Below, one piece after another: positions 27,601-41,095 of a DNA stretch of 64,000 nucleotides. Every line of letters begins with the position of its first letter. Positions within the stretch are counted from its first letter, which is position 1. Location: positions 203,422,001 through 203,486,000 of the forward strand of contig NC_067403.1 of the NCBI RefSeq assembly GCF_016432865.1. Reading direction: 5' to 3'. Position numbers and translations under genes: made by a program. Source of the DNA: Antechinus flavipes (lineage: Eukaryota). Below the pieces are notes generated by a model that saw only the letters and a program-made list of their open reading frames with translations, was not told the DNA's origin and did not search any database.

Positions 27601-29319
27601 AAATTTATCAGAAGCTCAATTTTTAGCAAAAAGAAACCTCCCACAGATTTCTGGTTCAAAAAATTTCATGTTTCAACCATGATTTCATGTCAGTTTTGTG
27701 GTCTATATTATTATCTGGTTTCAAAGTTGTTTTTTCTTTAAGCTCAGAGGAATATATGAATCAATAATATAGCAATCAATAAGCACATAATAAGTGCTTA
27801 CTACATTACAAGCTCTGTGCTAGACAAAGGATAAAAATGAAACAGTCCCTGCCCATAAGAAAATTACATTATAACAGGATAGGTAGCATCTCAATAGTTC
27901 TTCTCTTCTTTATTTCCTTCCAAGGGCTGGATAGATGCTGGGATGAAGGGAGGGGAAAATGAAAGCTGAGGAAGATATTAGAGCAGCATGGAATGGCCAG
28001 TGATTGTGACAACTATCAACGACACTAGAACCAGTAGACTGTTGAGAGCCAAAAATAAAAGAATTAAATTTTATTAAGTATCTACTATGGACTGAACACT
28101 TTTCTAGGTTCTAGAGATCCAAAAGAAAAAAATGTACAATATACTCTCTGAGATCACGATTCCAACTTGAACTTGCAATTTGGACCAAGACTGCTACTTA
28201 TTCTCTGGATCCTAAGGGTTACCCTTAGAGGATTTCTTCTAATACTGTTGCTTCTGAGTCCCCACTACTCTGTTTCCCATCAATAACCAGCAAGGAAACA
28301 ATTAGCTTTTAGCAAAGGCATTTACTCAGAGGGTATGGTAAGAACAATGATATAAAATATTGTCCCCAAAATCTAACTTTTCTTCTACAATGTGTACACA
28401 ATGTTCATAGGAAGAATAAGTTCAAACTTAAAGAAGTAAGGTACCTATATGGAGATCACATATGATAATGTGATCCCAAATCCTGGTCCTGGAAGTTATT
28501 TTCTCCTATGTGGAATCCTCAGTAAGTTCCCTTTAGTTGTAACTTTTAGCTGAGTGGACCACTCAAGTGGGCTTTCTTGAGTTTATTAATAGTATTTCTC
28601 CCCACTATGAGGGATCATATTCCTTTTAGATTTTGCCTTTCTCAGATGATTTTCTTTCTGTATCCTTCAGTCCTTAAAGTGTCGCTCCACTCCAGAAGCA
28701 AGCATTCCAACTGCTGATCATCACTATTATTCTGGTACATAATGATTATGCTATCACAGCCACAGATCTCTAGACCTTTCAGACTTCACAAGGTTGAGAC
28801 TTTCTTCTATCCAAAAATAAATAAGATAGAATTTACTTAAGTTCAGGTAAGAAACAACATCAAAGAAACAGAGGTAACCATATGTTCATGGACATGATAC
28901 CTGAATGACAGCAAGGTAGCCACCCTTTCCCTAATTGACTCTCCAGATACTTGTAGTCCTCATGCTTAAAAATTAAAATCACTCTATAACTACTAAGTTC
29001 CCATTCTGTAGCAAATTGATGGACTTTCCATCACCACAAATGACTAGAATCAGTTCCTAAAGTTTTAAGTGATGGACTGGAGCTAGGTGAGGAATACCTG
29101 TACATGCTCTGAATAACCTACCAGGAAGAACAAATCTGAGTGTTCTGCATAAAACACTTTATTGTTACTTTATTATAACTTTATAAATATAAAAATATAT
29201 TATTATTAAATAAAGAATCATAAAAATAAAATAACCCCTCCCTTTCGGAAGCTTATGTACAAAACAGATGAAAGACAATTAGGGGAGAAGGCACATGTAG
29301 CTGATAAGATCAGAAAAAA

Positions 29320-31650
29320 ACTTTATGAAAAAGACAATCTTAAAACTAAGCCTTAAGAAAACTAGGGGATAGATGCAAAAATTTGCCCAGCATCCCTTCC
29401 CTATACCAGGCTGATCAGCAAGAATCCCCAGTATTTTGGTTTTAATGCACTACACCAAAGCAAAAATTTATGTAAAGACTTACATAAAACAAAAAGATGG
29501 TTCCTGAAGCAAATGTGGTTGACCAGCCTACCCACCAGCAGCAACATGATTTCCTCAGATCAATGTGTGGACCAATCAGAGGACCTCTTGGGGTCACCGC
29601 AGTGATTGGGAGGGATCTCTAATCTCTAGATATTTTCTGAATGTTAAATGTCCCTGAAAACTGCATAGCAATTAAAACTCTTACATTAATTTAATCTCTC
29701 AAAATGATGGGAAAAACAGTTAAGGGAAATTCTATTTCTGATCTGATTCTCATCAACAGGGAGGAACTTGTGGCTGGCGTACAAATTATGAGATCCTTGG
29801 GGGAAAGGGGTGAACACTTCTTAGAATTTATGATGAAGAAGACAAGCATAGTTTCACATGTATCATAGATTTTAGGAAAATGGATTTCAAAGGATTCAGA
29901 GAAAAGGGTAGATAAGATCTCACAGACTCTGATTCTATAGGGAAACAGCCCAGAAAGGATGAGACTCCCTTAGGAATATTGTTCTGAAGGAACAAAGAGA
30001 AAGAATTCTAATTAAAAAGTATAAGAAGAAATGTCTAATTAGACAACTGAGGTTGCATGGCTAACTGACTAGAAGTTAAATAGACATGTTAAAAAGGTTA
30101 AAAAGAAGCATGGACAATAAATGACATGAAAAGTCACACTAGGGGCACCTAGGTGGCTTAGTGGATTGAGCACTGGCCCTAGAGTCAAATCTGGCCTCAG
30201 ATACTTGCCTCCAAAAAGTCATGGTGCTAAAATAATAGTGTAAGGAATGCTTACACCATTCAGAAAGAGTTCTGAAGAAGCTGAAGCTAATGAAGAAATC
30301 TAAGGACAATCAAAGGATATTATAGGAAAATAGAGGCTCAAATAAGAGATAGAGGTATTAGTTGGGATAAATGAGATGCTGATAATGAAAGACAGGAGAA
30401 AATAGAACTGCTTACTTCTCATTGGGCTTATCTTTTTCTCTGGAAAAAAAATGATCTTGGGATTGGAAAGATAGGACCAAAATGGCTAATAGTAAATATA
30501 TACCAAGATAAGTGAGGAGACAATAAACAGGCAGCTCTGTGAATTCAAATTGCCTAGCCCACATGAACAACATTCTTGGATACAAAACAAACAGGCAGAT
30601 GTGATTGCAAAGTTACTGCAAGTGATATTTGAATTATTGTGATATATGAAATATCATGAGATTCAAGAAAAATCAAATTTTTATTTTTTCAAAGGATAAT
30701 AACAAGAGGAGTAAATGAAGTCTAAAAACTATGGAGCAATGAATTGGACTTCTTTTTTAGGATCAAAATGGTGGTGAAGCATTCTAGATCATATAACTCA
30801 ATAGATAATTAATGGACACCCAGGAAAAGAAGTGATCGAGCCAACATAGCTACATCAAGAATGCAAGCCAAATCTTGTTTAGAATTATTCAGTAGGTAGA
30901 ACAGGAAAATACTATAAATGTAGCTTGCCTAAATGTTGTGGAGTTTCATTCTATTTTTGTAGAAAAAAGTGATCTAGACAAGCAATCAGAAAACAGTTTG
31001 TTTTTGTCCTGCCCATGATTTTTATATTTTTCAATATAATAAAATTTTATCTTAAAATATAAAATCATTCTTGTTCCTGAGCCAAACAAAAATAGGCCGC
31101 AGGATAAATTTGGCCTCTGCACCTTAGTTTGGCAAACTGGTCTAGATAATAGCATAATTACATAGACTCAGAATTAAATGGATTTCCATATACATGAAGA
31201 GTCAAATATCCCTTTTCAGTGGTTATCAATCTTTATTGATAATTAATGTTCTTTTTATTAGATTATAGGTTTCCCTTATATTTAGTTCTTCTTGTGTATG
31301 GAGACTATTTTTTTGCTTTTTTTTGTATACCCAAAGATTAGCACAGTACATAATTAGCACCTTATGAATGTTTGCTGACTGATTAAATCAACTAGATTGA
31401 GGTTTTTGGGCTTATGGGCTTGATTTTATGCTGCTTAACATTTTTATCCAGAATTTGTATCAGGTTTTTAAAGTATGAACTTACCAAATGATTGTTGTTG
31501 ATACAAAGGTTGGAGGAACACCTAAAATCTTAGGCTGCATCAAGAGAGGCATAATACCCAGGATTAGGGAGGTAATATTCTCACTATGCTCTTCCTTAGA
31601 TCACATCTGGAGTACCATACTCAGTTCTTGATCTGAGGTAGAAAAATAAC
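29320..31650 (+). mobile_element. Long degraded CR1/L3 ORF2 (endonuclease to RT) with nested SINE and DNA-element fragments
   Basis: Endonuclease end (ILDLILxNREELV...GSLG..H-like) at about 29730-29830. RT-like text at about 30480-30940. Interrupted at about 30135-30210 and 30950-31140. Confidence 0.75.
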
Positions 31651-32220
31651 AACCTGGATGATCTTCAGGATGGTGAAAGCCAAAGTCTTGCCTTTCTCAG
31701 CTAAGTTCTTGTTCTTACTGAAGTTGATTTGAAAGCAAATTACAAAGGATTTGGGGATTTGTAGCCCCAAATTCCAAACAGCTCCCATGGGGATATTTTC
31801 CTTTTTCTTTCTTTTATGAGATAATTGGGGTTAAGTAACTTGCCCAGGGTTAGACACGTTAAATATTAGGTCATATTTGAATTCAGGTTCCATGCTCTAT
31901 CCACTGCAACCCTATAGTGATTTATTTTAAGTGCCACTAACATGAATTTGTGAAACCTAAGTGCTTTTCCTCAGATGAATAACAGAAGTTAAAAAGAATT
32001 TCTTTACTCTAAGTCAAATAATTATCTGGAACCATGGACTTCAAGTCATAACGACCACAGTTAAAAAGAAATAGACAATCTTAGTCTAGGAACACTGTAC
32101 CTGATTTTCTTTTGTCTTCTCTTAGCAAGATGGACCATCTTATGATTTTGGTTATAACTTGAAAAAACAACTTACAACTTAAAAAAACAAATAAAAAGCA
32201 ACTTTAAAAAGCAGCCAGCC

Positions 32221-32698
32221 TGTCATGGGGAAGAAGAGGCATTCTAGTGATTGCACCTCAGCAAATGAGAGCCATAAACTCTCCATATGATGCTGAAGAG
32301 CAGAAACATCCCCAAAAACTTAGCAGAGAAGAAGTGGCCAAGAGATCAGTGAAAACACCTAGAAGAAACAACATGGTACCCAACAAAATACAAGATCCGG
32401 CTTAAAGATTAATACCTAGCAAAGAGAAATATGCCCGTATCCCCAGAGGACATCAGAGGCTCTATAATATTAATCATGAATTGATCTATCTGTGCATATG
32501 CCCTGGCCACATGACTTCCTAGTATATTTCTCACCCTTATAGGGTGGTAATATGCTGGAAATGTGGGAAAACTTCTTATTATTTGCTATTTACTTGATTA
32601 AACACCTTTTGTTTTGTTCTTTATCTTTTGACTGGTTGGTAAAAATCCTCACTCACTGGGGATTCCTGAGCTATGTTTTGAGAAAGTGCTAACCTACA
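32221..32698 (+). mobile_element. Putative solo LTR
   Basis: About 480 bp, TG...CA termini, internal TATA-like and ATTAAA-like signals. No clear TSD. Confidence 0.5.
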
Positions 32699-33559
32699 AA
32701 GTACCTTCAAGCTGGAATAGCTTTTGTGTGGGCCTACAAATGGGGTGGGCTGCCAAACCTGATATATCTATTTATAAATCGTGCTTCATGTTCATGTTTC
32801 TGGAGAGTTTTTAGTCTATGATATCCTGAAATAAGATTTTTTCCTTATAATTTTCTTAGATTTCCTCTCTTTGCTCTTTCCTATAGATTTGTATGTAAAG
32901 CTGGTTACATGTGGGTTTTGTCCGCACTGTTTCCACATATTCCCCCAGGTGGATTATTTTCTGAGTGTATTTTTCTGCTTCTACTCTTCCTACTTCCATT
33001 CTGTCCTCTAGTAAAATAATAGTTTTGGTAGTGAGGTTACAGAGCTTCTCTGCTTCTGGTCAGCACTTTGGACACTGGGAAAATCAAGGTCCCTGGTTGC
33101 TTCTAATTCTAGTTCAAATTAGAAGGATTTGGTACTTTGGGAAGCTACAGCTAACCAACCTGCATGATCCCATGACTTTACCCCATCCTCAGAGTGATAG
33201 AGTGCTACATCATTTAACAAAGGAAAGACATCTTCTTGCTCACTCTCTTCCTCTAACCCTCCAGATGATAGCACATAACTCTAAGATTTCTTCTGAGGTT
33301 TGGGAAGGGTCAATCTTTTTCTGCTTTGGAAACATGGGAATGTTTCTATGTGGTGATTAGAGCAGTGGAAATTAGGAGGCAAATTTGATCTTAAAGCTCT
33401 ATCTGCATCTTCTGCTTTATGGTATTTTACCTAATCCTAAATAATTGAATATTGATGACAGGATGGAAGTGTCTTTGAAGTGATTTTGTGAGTTTCAGAA
33501 GGTCAGAGATCCTAGGCATTCATAGCTACTGCTACATTTCAGATAGAGTACCTAGTCCC

Positions 33560-34230
33560 ACAAACTGTGATAAGCACACTAATATATTTTTGGTGGAATT
33601 ATGAAATGGTATAGACATTTTGGAAAACAATTTAGAATTATGAAAATGAAGTGATGTTCATAAACTTTGAAGTCGGTACTTCACTAAACTAATACCCTAA
33701 GAAAGCTATTGTTAAGGGGGGAAATCTCCATATATTCCAAAATATTTATAAGTGCTCATAAATTGGAGAATGAATAAATAAATTGTGGTACATGAATGTA
33801 ATGGAATATTACATAGTTTTAAGAAATGATGAGTGTGATGACTACAAAGAAGCATGGAAAGAGCTGCATAAATTGATTCAAAGTAAAGTAAGCAGAGCCA
33901 AGAAAACAACATACACAGTAACTACAACAATGTAAGTGAAGGAATAACAAAACCAAAAAATAAAATTATAATGATCAAATAGGACAACAATAAAGAGAGA
34001 TGAAGATACCCTCAACTTATCTCATCATTGGTGGTAGGAAGTCCACAGTTGTTATACATATACATTTTTTTTTTACTTTTTCAATGTATAAAATGGTTGT
34101 TCTGACTTTTTTTCCTATTTAAAAAATTCTATTTGCTCAATGGTAGGTCTCTTTGGGAAGGGAAAGGAAAATGTACATGACATGGTATGGTGATATTTTA
34201 AAAATAAAAAAAATTGATTAAAAAAGCTTA
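33560..34230 (+). mobile_element. Old L1 3' fragment
   Basis: ttggtggaattatgaaatgg...attgtggtacatgaatgtaatggaatatt. Confidence 0.75.
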
Positions 34231-35039
34231 ATTTAAAAAAGAGATTCAACCTCCTAACAAGGTATAACAATAGTTTCAAGTTACCAGGCTCTAATTAAGT
34301 CTTATCAACTCATGCAGTATCTTTCAACATTTTCTATATGAAGAGAAAATAGACATCTCATGACTGATTCATATAGTATCAATCATATTCTATTCTATAT
34401 AGTCATATTCTGCTCCTTCCTCCAAAGAGAAACATGGGCCAAATCCAAGCTGTAAGTTATTTCCCCTGAAATATGAGAGGTGGAATGAATGGGAGAAAAG
34501 AAGTCTGACCCTTCTTTTTAAGTTGTCAGATTCTCCCAAGACTATACACAATCTCTATGCCATCTGCATGAATCCAGAACATGTGTGTCCCTTAGAAATG
34601 GAGAGAGCTCAGTGTTCCAGCTTCCCTAAATCCAGCAGTAGTTCTATTACATTTATGCTAATTCATTGGTGTTTGAATTTCAATAATTTTTTTCTAAACT
34701 ACTGAGTTTTAACATTATTAGTATCCTGAGATTACTTAGCTACACCAAGTTAATTATTTTTTCTCATTACATTTTTGCTTATTCCATTTCTTCTTTTAAT
34801 TTCTTCAATGTGTTTAATATCTATCTAGAGAAATTTCTAGCTGCATTTCAGATGATAGCCTTGCTGTTAAAAATACATTTTCTTCTGAGATATTTTTGCC
34901 TCTTTTTATCTCATAATATGGTTTTTTCTCTCTTTCATTTGAGTCATACCTTTAAAAGGATGTTCAAATTCTTTTTCCTGATTATATTTGATGAGTTTTC
35001 TTTGGCAGGGAGAGGAAGAGTTAAGGCTCCCTTAGGAGA

Positions 35040-36130
35040 TATCACTCCACATTTTCTTACCAATCACAAAGTGGACCCAACTCGACCTTTGTTGCTCTTA
35101 ACTTTCCTTCTGCATTGCCCTTATCAGCTCCTTCTCTCATTCCCCATGGTGCATGTTTCAAAATTTTTCTTCTCTTTTTTCACTCTTCAGTGAACTCACA
35201 TTCCCAAAACTTAGAGCAGATAACATTACCCGCTACGTTACTGAGATTATCCAATTTAAACTCATTCAACTCCCCAACTTCAGTCCTCAAGACTTCTCAA
35301 TGTTATTGCCCTTTTTCTTTAGATTCTAGCTGGCAAAGAAGATAAAATAGCTCTGCAACTCACTAAGACTAATGTGTCCACTTCTGTCACCTCTTCCAGA
35401 CTTTGCTCCCCATGGTCATCATTTCTTTTATTGCCAGCATTTCACTCTCCACCAGTCCCTTTCCATCTGCCCTATCATAATAAAAAAAGGTTTCCCTTAA
35501 TCTTTCTGATCCATCTAAATACTGTCTCATCTGTCTTCTGCCCTTCACTGAAAACTTTATAGAAAAAAAGTGGCCTTCACACTATATTTCTATTGCTCGA
35601 TATCTTATCAAGTTGATTCTTTCAGTCAGATTTCTGCATCTGTGTCTTGACTGAAATTACTCTAAATTCATCAATGTCTTCCTAATCTTCAAACTCAGTA
35701 ACCTTTAAATTTTCATCTTCCCTGGAAGATGGTAATTTTGAATTCTGTAGATCACTCTATCCTATTGGATATTCTCTCCTCCCTCAGTTTCACTCTCCTA
35801 GTATTTCCCCAACTCCATTTTTCTGTGCTTCCCTTGCTGTCTCTTCATATTTTTCTTGAATCTTTAACATGTCTGTTTTGCTAAAGTTCTTTGATTCTCT
35901 TATCTTCTTGTTTTTTCAGCTTTGGCAATCTCATTCATGGTCATGGTGAATAGTGCACTTGATAATGAATCCCAGATATATATAGATATAGATATAGTCA
36001 TGCCCTCTTTCCTGAGGGCATTCTTTCCTGAATACCCAGATTTATATTTCCAATAACAGTTGAATTTCCCACTGGTGTCTCAAATTCAATCAGTCTAAAG
36101 TCTGGCTTACTTATATATGAGCACCATCCT
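35040..36130 (+). mobile_element. L2 ORF2/3' fragment
   Basis: Typical L2 text (cactgaaaact...ctgtagatcactctatcctattggatattctctcctccctcag). Confidence 0.6.
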
Positions 36131-36200
36131 CCTGATTTCATTCTTTCTGCTCATGGTCATTCATTCTTTGTCCAATAATAATATAACAAGAACTATGAAC

Positions 36201-36664
36201 TGTGAAACACAGAGTTCTGTGTGTGACCTTTGCCAGGTTGGAAGTTAATGGAAGGAAAATGTGTGCTTCCTCTTTGATAGTGAGAGACATGTGCTTCCTC
36301 TCTGATAGCCAAAGAAATGAGCTTTCTGTTTTGCCAGAGGCAGCTCTTGGCAAATGAAGCCGCTGGCAACTCCAGTGCCCTAAAAGAGCCAGGTGGCCAT
36401 AAGGAGCATGGGAGCCTTCCAGCTAAAAGTTACTACTCCATAAAGAAATAGAAACTGTCTAGAGAGGTAAGCCAGAAGACACATGGAACATAGCCTAAGA
36501 GAGTCCCAGGGTAACCAGACCAGCAAAAATGGTAGCAGTATACCAGTAATAGTGAGGTGAAGGCAAGTATATGTGAAAAGACACGAGGTTCTCAGGTTTA
36601 TTCATTAATGATCAGATTATAACTAAGTACCAGACCGTGAGTAGATAGGGACAATACCTGAACA
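36201..36664 (-). mobile_element. Putative solo LTR
   Basis: TG...CA ends. AATAAA on the minus strand at about 36597-36602, internal short tandem motif, no clear TSD. Confidence 0.5.
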
Positions 36665-36728
36665 TCATTGAAAGGGGGATATTCTATTTCTTTGTTTTGT
36701 TATTGCTCTTTTAATAAGTCTGTTCTTT

Positions 36729-37101
36729 ATCAGTTCCAGTAGAGCAGTAAAGAATTGAACCAGCTCCACCCAGTGAAAGAACTCTGGGAGATGACTATGA
36801 ACCACTACATAGAATTCCCAATCCCTATATTTTTGTCCACCTGCATTTTTGATCTCCTTCACAGGCTAATTGTACAATATTTCAAAGTCCGATTCTTTTT
36901 GTACAGCAAAATAACTGGACATGTATACATATATTGTATTTAATTTATACTTTAACATATTTAACATGTATTGATCAGCCTGCCATCTGGGGGAAGGAGT
37001 GGGGGAAGGAGGGGAAAAATTGGAACAAAAGGTTTGGCAATTGTCGATGCTGTAAAATTACCCATGCATATAACTTGTAAATAAAAAGCTATAACAAAAA
37101 A
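36729..37101 (+). mobile_element. Young, heavily 5'-truncated L1 with TSD
   Basis: 16-bp TSD aataagt(c/t)tgttcttt at 36713-36728 and 37102-37117. AATAAA and A tail. Confidence 0.9.
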
Positions 37102-37729
37102 AATAAGTTTGTTCTTTTATTGGTAAGCAATAAGTCTTTATGCTTTCAGAGGTCATAGAGGGGTGGGGAATAGGCCTTAAAGCAGCATAAGTCTTATTTC
37201 TGATAATTCTAGGAGGATACCCTGAATAGAAAGTATGAGCATTTTAGCATTATTATTGAAAGACTATTTGTATAAGTGAAGAGTAAAATGAACAGAATTA
37301 GGAGAACATTACAATAACACTAACACTGCGATACAATACAGAAAAATAAAATAACAATTAGTTATATAAACAAAGAACTTGGAAAAATTAAGACTGCTGA
37401 TCAATACAATTCACAAACAAAAATCTAAATGTCTAATGGTGAAACATGCTATTCACCTTTTGACATAGAGGTGATGGATTCAAGGTATAGACTGGGGCAT
37501 ATATTTTTGATATGTCCCATATAAGAGTAAATAAAATAAACATATAAATAAAATTTTAATCTAGTCAGTATAATCTGACATTGTATTCATGGATCACAAT
37601 CATAATCATAGAATGATCCCTGAGTTTTTCTTGAGTCTTGTGTCATATCCAGTCACCAAACTCTGATGATTCTTTCTCTGTAATAAATCTCATATCCATC
37701 TTCCTTGACAATGTTTATTTAATTTATTT

Positions 37730-38762
37730 TTTATTTTAATAATCTATTTACTCCTCTTAATTCTCTTCTCCCTTGAAATAGAAAAGCAAATGTGGCAAAG
37801 AACAAGACATTGAGGGCATGTCTATCAATTGGGGAAGTGCTGAACAAGTAGTGATATATTATCGTTATACAACAGTATCGTGCTATAATAAATGATGAGC
37901 AAGATGCTCTCAGAAAAATCTGGGAAGCCTTGCGTGGCATGAAAAATGAAATGTGCTGTTTACAAAATTATAAAAATATTATAAGATGATCATCTGTGAA
38001 TGATTTAGGTATTCTCAAAATACAATAATCTAAGACAATTCTATAGGACTTATGTTGAAAACTGCTCTCCATCCACAGGAAAAAAACTCATAGTATCTGA
38101 ATAGAGATTTTGAAACATACTTTTTTCCTCTTCACTTTTTATTTTTCTTGATGTTTCTTTCATACTCAGTTTTTCTGGGTAGTTAATTCTTGCTTGTAAT
38201 TCTTGAATCTGTGCCCTCTCTCATACTTATATTCTGAGCCCTCCAATTCTTTAATGTTGAAACTGCTAATATTAGGAAAATGTTCAGCATAATTGACCAA
38301 ATCAATAATAAAACAGAAATCATGTGATTATCAAAAAAAAAAAAGAAATAGAAAAGCAAATCAAAAACAGTAACCAATATGTATATTCAAGCAAAACAAA
38401 TCCTTATATCGGACATATCAAAAAAATATACACCCCACTCTATAGCTTGAGTCCATCACTTCAGTGTCAAAAGGTGAATAAGAATGTTTCACCATTAGAC
38501 ATTTAGATTTATGTTTGTGAACTATATTGATCAGCATTCTTAATTTTTCCAAGTTCTTTGTTTATATGATTAGTTGTTATTTTGTTCTGTGTTGTGTTAC
38601 AGTGTTAGTGTATGTTCTCTCAGTTCTATTCACTTTACTCTTCAATTATGCAAATCTTCCCAGATTTCTCTGGAACTGATCTTTTCATTATCTCTTATAA
38701 CTCACTAATATTCCATTACTTTTATATTCCATAACTTGTTGCCCTTAGTTTCCAGTTCCTTG

Positions 38763-38795
<33 letters not shown>

Positions 38796-38900
38796 ACATT
38801 ATGATAATCCTTTTTTTTTATATCTAAGTCTTTTCCTCTTTTTTCAATCTCTTTGAGGTATAGCCCCCTCTTAGTGTTATCACAGGGTCATAGAGTATTG
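37730..38900. mobile_element. Old L1 3' fragments in both orientations; (CA)n at about 38765-38793
   Basis: L1 3' UTR text on + (37730-38200) and - (38330-38900). Confidence 0.65.
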
Positions 38901-39699
38901 ATTATTCTAATAATCTATTTACACATTCTCCTACCTATCTTTTCTTCTCCACCCAGTATAGCCTGAATAGCACTATTGGATCATTTTTCTTACACGTAGT
39001 GTTGGTAATGTCATTATGCTCAAAAATCTTCAAGGGCAACCCTGTACTGATAAATATTCAGATTCACTGCTTGTGATTCAAGGGCCTTCATAATCGTTCA
39101 CAATCATATTTTTGCAGCTTTATCTCATGGTATTACCCTCCAGCAAAATTGGACTATTCAGCTTTCCAAATAAATCAATCCTCACACCTTACTGACTTCA
39201 TTTACACTTTGCTATACTAAGATATCGTCTTTGACTACTGAATACCTGATTCAACCTCCAAATGTCAGCTCTCCTACAAAGACTTCCTTGGTATCCCCAG
39301 TTGGTGGTGGCCTTTCCCCTTGGCCCTCACAAATCAATTTATTCAGCATTAAACAACCTGCTGCTGTACTATTCTTGTCAATAATATAACCACAGTTGAC
39401 ACAATTATTCTCTAGTTGTTTAGAATGAAGTTCAGAAAAACTCACCTCTGCTGTAGTCCAGTCAAAAGAATAGGTAGGTCCCAGGGAATTTTATTAATTG
39501 AATTGGAAAGCAAGATTTCAGAGAAAGATCCCTTTGATTCAAAATTGACTTGTCTCATAGGAAAAGGAGTCACTAACCTTCAGGTCTGGAAGAACTTGAA
39601 GAAGGCAAATGAGATACTAAACAGAAACAAAGACTCTAGCATATGACCTTTCTGGACTGGAAGTAAAGTGTAGGAATTAAAAGTTACATATCTTCAGAG

Positions 39700-40215
39700 C
39701 GCTCTCTCTCTCTCTCTCTCGCTCTCGCTCTCGCTCTCTTTTTTTCTCTCTCTCTTTATTTCTTTTCTCTCTCTCTCCCCTTCCCCTCTCTCCATCTCTT
39801 AGTTTTTAACATTTATTTTTATAAGATTTTTTGATTTCCATTTTTTCTCCTTCCCTCCTTCCCTGTCCAAGACAGCAAGTAATCTGATATAGGTTATACA
39901 TGTTCAATCATATTAAACATATTTCAATATTATTCACTTTGTAAAAGAAGAATCAGAAGAAAAATGGAAAACCACAAGAAAGAAAAGCCCGAAAAAAAGG
40001 TGAAAATAATATGCTTCGATCTGCATTCAGAATCCCCCTGGATGTGAATGACATTTTCCAACATGTCTCTTGGAATTCTTTTAGATCTTTGTATTGCTAA
40101 GAAGAATTAAGTCTATCAAAATTGATCATAGCATAATGTTGCTCTTTCTTTGTACAATGTTCACCTGGTTCTACTCATTTCACTAAGCATCAGTTCATGT
40201 AAGTTTTTCTGGGTT
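39700..40215 (-). mobile_element. (CT)n microsatellite followed by an L1 3' UTR fragment
   Basis: (ct/ctcg)n at 39700-39790, then reverse-complement L1 3' UTR. Confidence 0.75.
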
Positions 40216-40699
40216 TTTCAGCTCTCCTTCTTTCTTTAAGACAGGTCCTAGAGGCATCTTGGCTCCAATTATCCCATTCAGCTACTTGTTGATCTGAGGA
40301 GTTAATCTGGTTATTCTGTTTTCTTTTTCTACCCAACAGGAGAATAGTATGTCTTCTATTTTTAGCAGTGTTCTTTCAGTCTTGCTTTTCTTTTTCTGAA
40401 AGATGGAAACCACTATGGTTCTTTACTTTCTTTATGGGAAGCAGTGGATAGAAAGCTGCTCCTTTCCAGGAAGAGGAACAAGAAATCCTCTCTTCCTTTT
40501 CTCTTTCTATCTTTCTATCTCATATCAAAGTACTTCCAAGTGGATGTAGTAATGGCATCCCACTGAAATCTTCCTTTCAGAAACAAGGGTCCTATCTTCA
40601 GATTTATTGCTAAGGATTATCTTTTTTTGTTTGTTTTAGGAGTCAATTTTTTAAAGAGCTGATATTTCACAAGTATGAAAAACTTTAAAATGACTCATA

Positions 40700-41095
40700 A
40701 AAACTTAATATAAACATATAAGGTGAGTGGTGAATAAGGGAACTTTTTAATAAAATAAGACAACTTCCAAGTATTTCTAATACAAAAAGACCCGATTCTT
40801 TTAGAAACTTTGAAATTCAAATTCAGAGTTAAAAGAAACATAAAAAGGCAAACATGAATGATCCCAAGAAACTATATGAGGATAATTAATTATACTTTAA
40901 TATGGAGAGATGATACAAGAGCTACTTCTAACCCCTATTATCATCAGGGGTCACAGAGTCAGTATAATTAAAAAGAAGAATTAATAGTGATTGCATTGTC
41001 TTAATCATAGAAGAGGGGAAAAAGAGGAGAAAAGGAAAGGGAAAAGATGAATAGAAGAAAATATCTCACAAAATCAGGTGTGTAAGTAAAAATCT
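40700..41095 (+). mobile_element. L1 ORF1 end and inter-ORF fragment
   Basis: gacaacttccaagtatttcta...agaaactttga is homologous to the minus-strand copy at about 53150-53220. Confidence 0.6.

Noticed and set aside
32965-33360. 131-aa ORF
   Set aside because: No recognisable domain, and it overlaps what looks like an antisense L1 5' region.
34810-35193. 127-aa hydrophobic ORF
   Set aside because: T-rich and L2-derived sequence gives a Phe/Leu bias, with no membrane-protein motifs.
1-41000. Expected downstream neighbour CYB5R2, or further CUB/third-protease exons
   Set aside because: No exon matching their motifs and no CpG island was recognised by eye. A translated search would be needed to exclude short exons.
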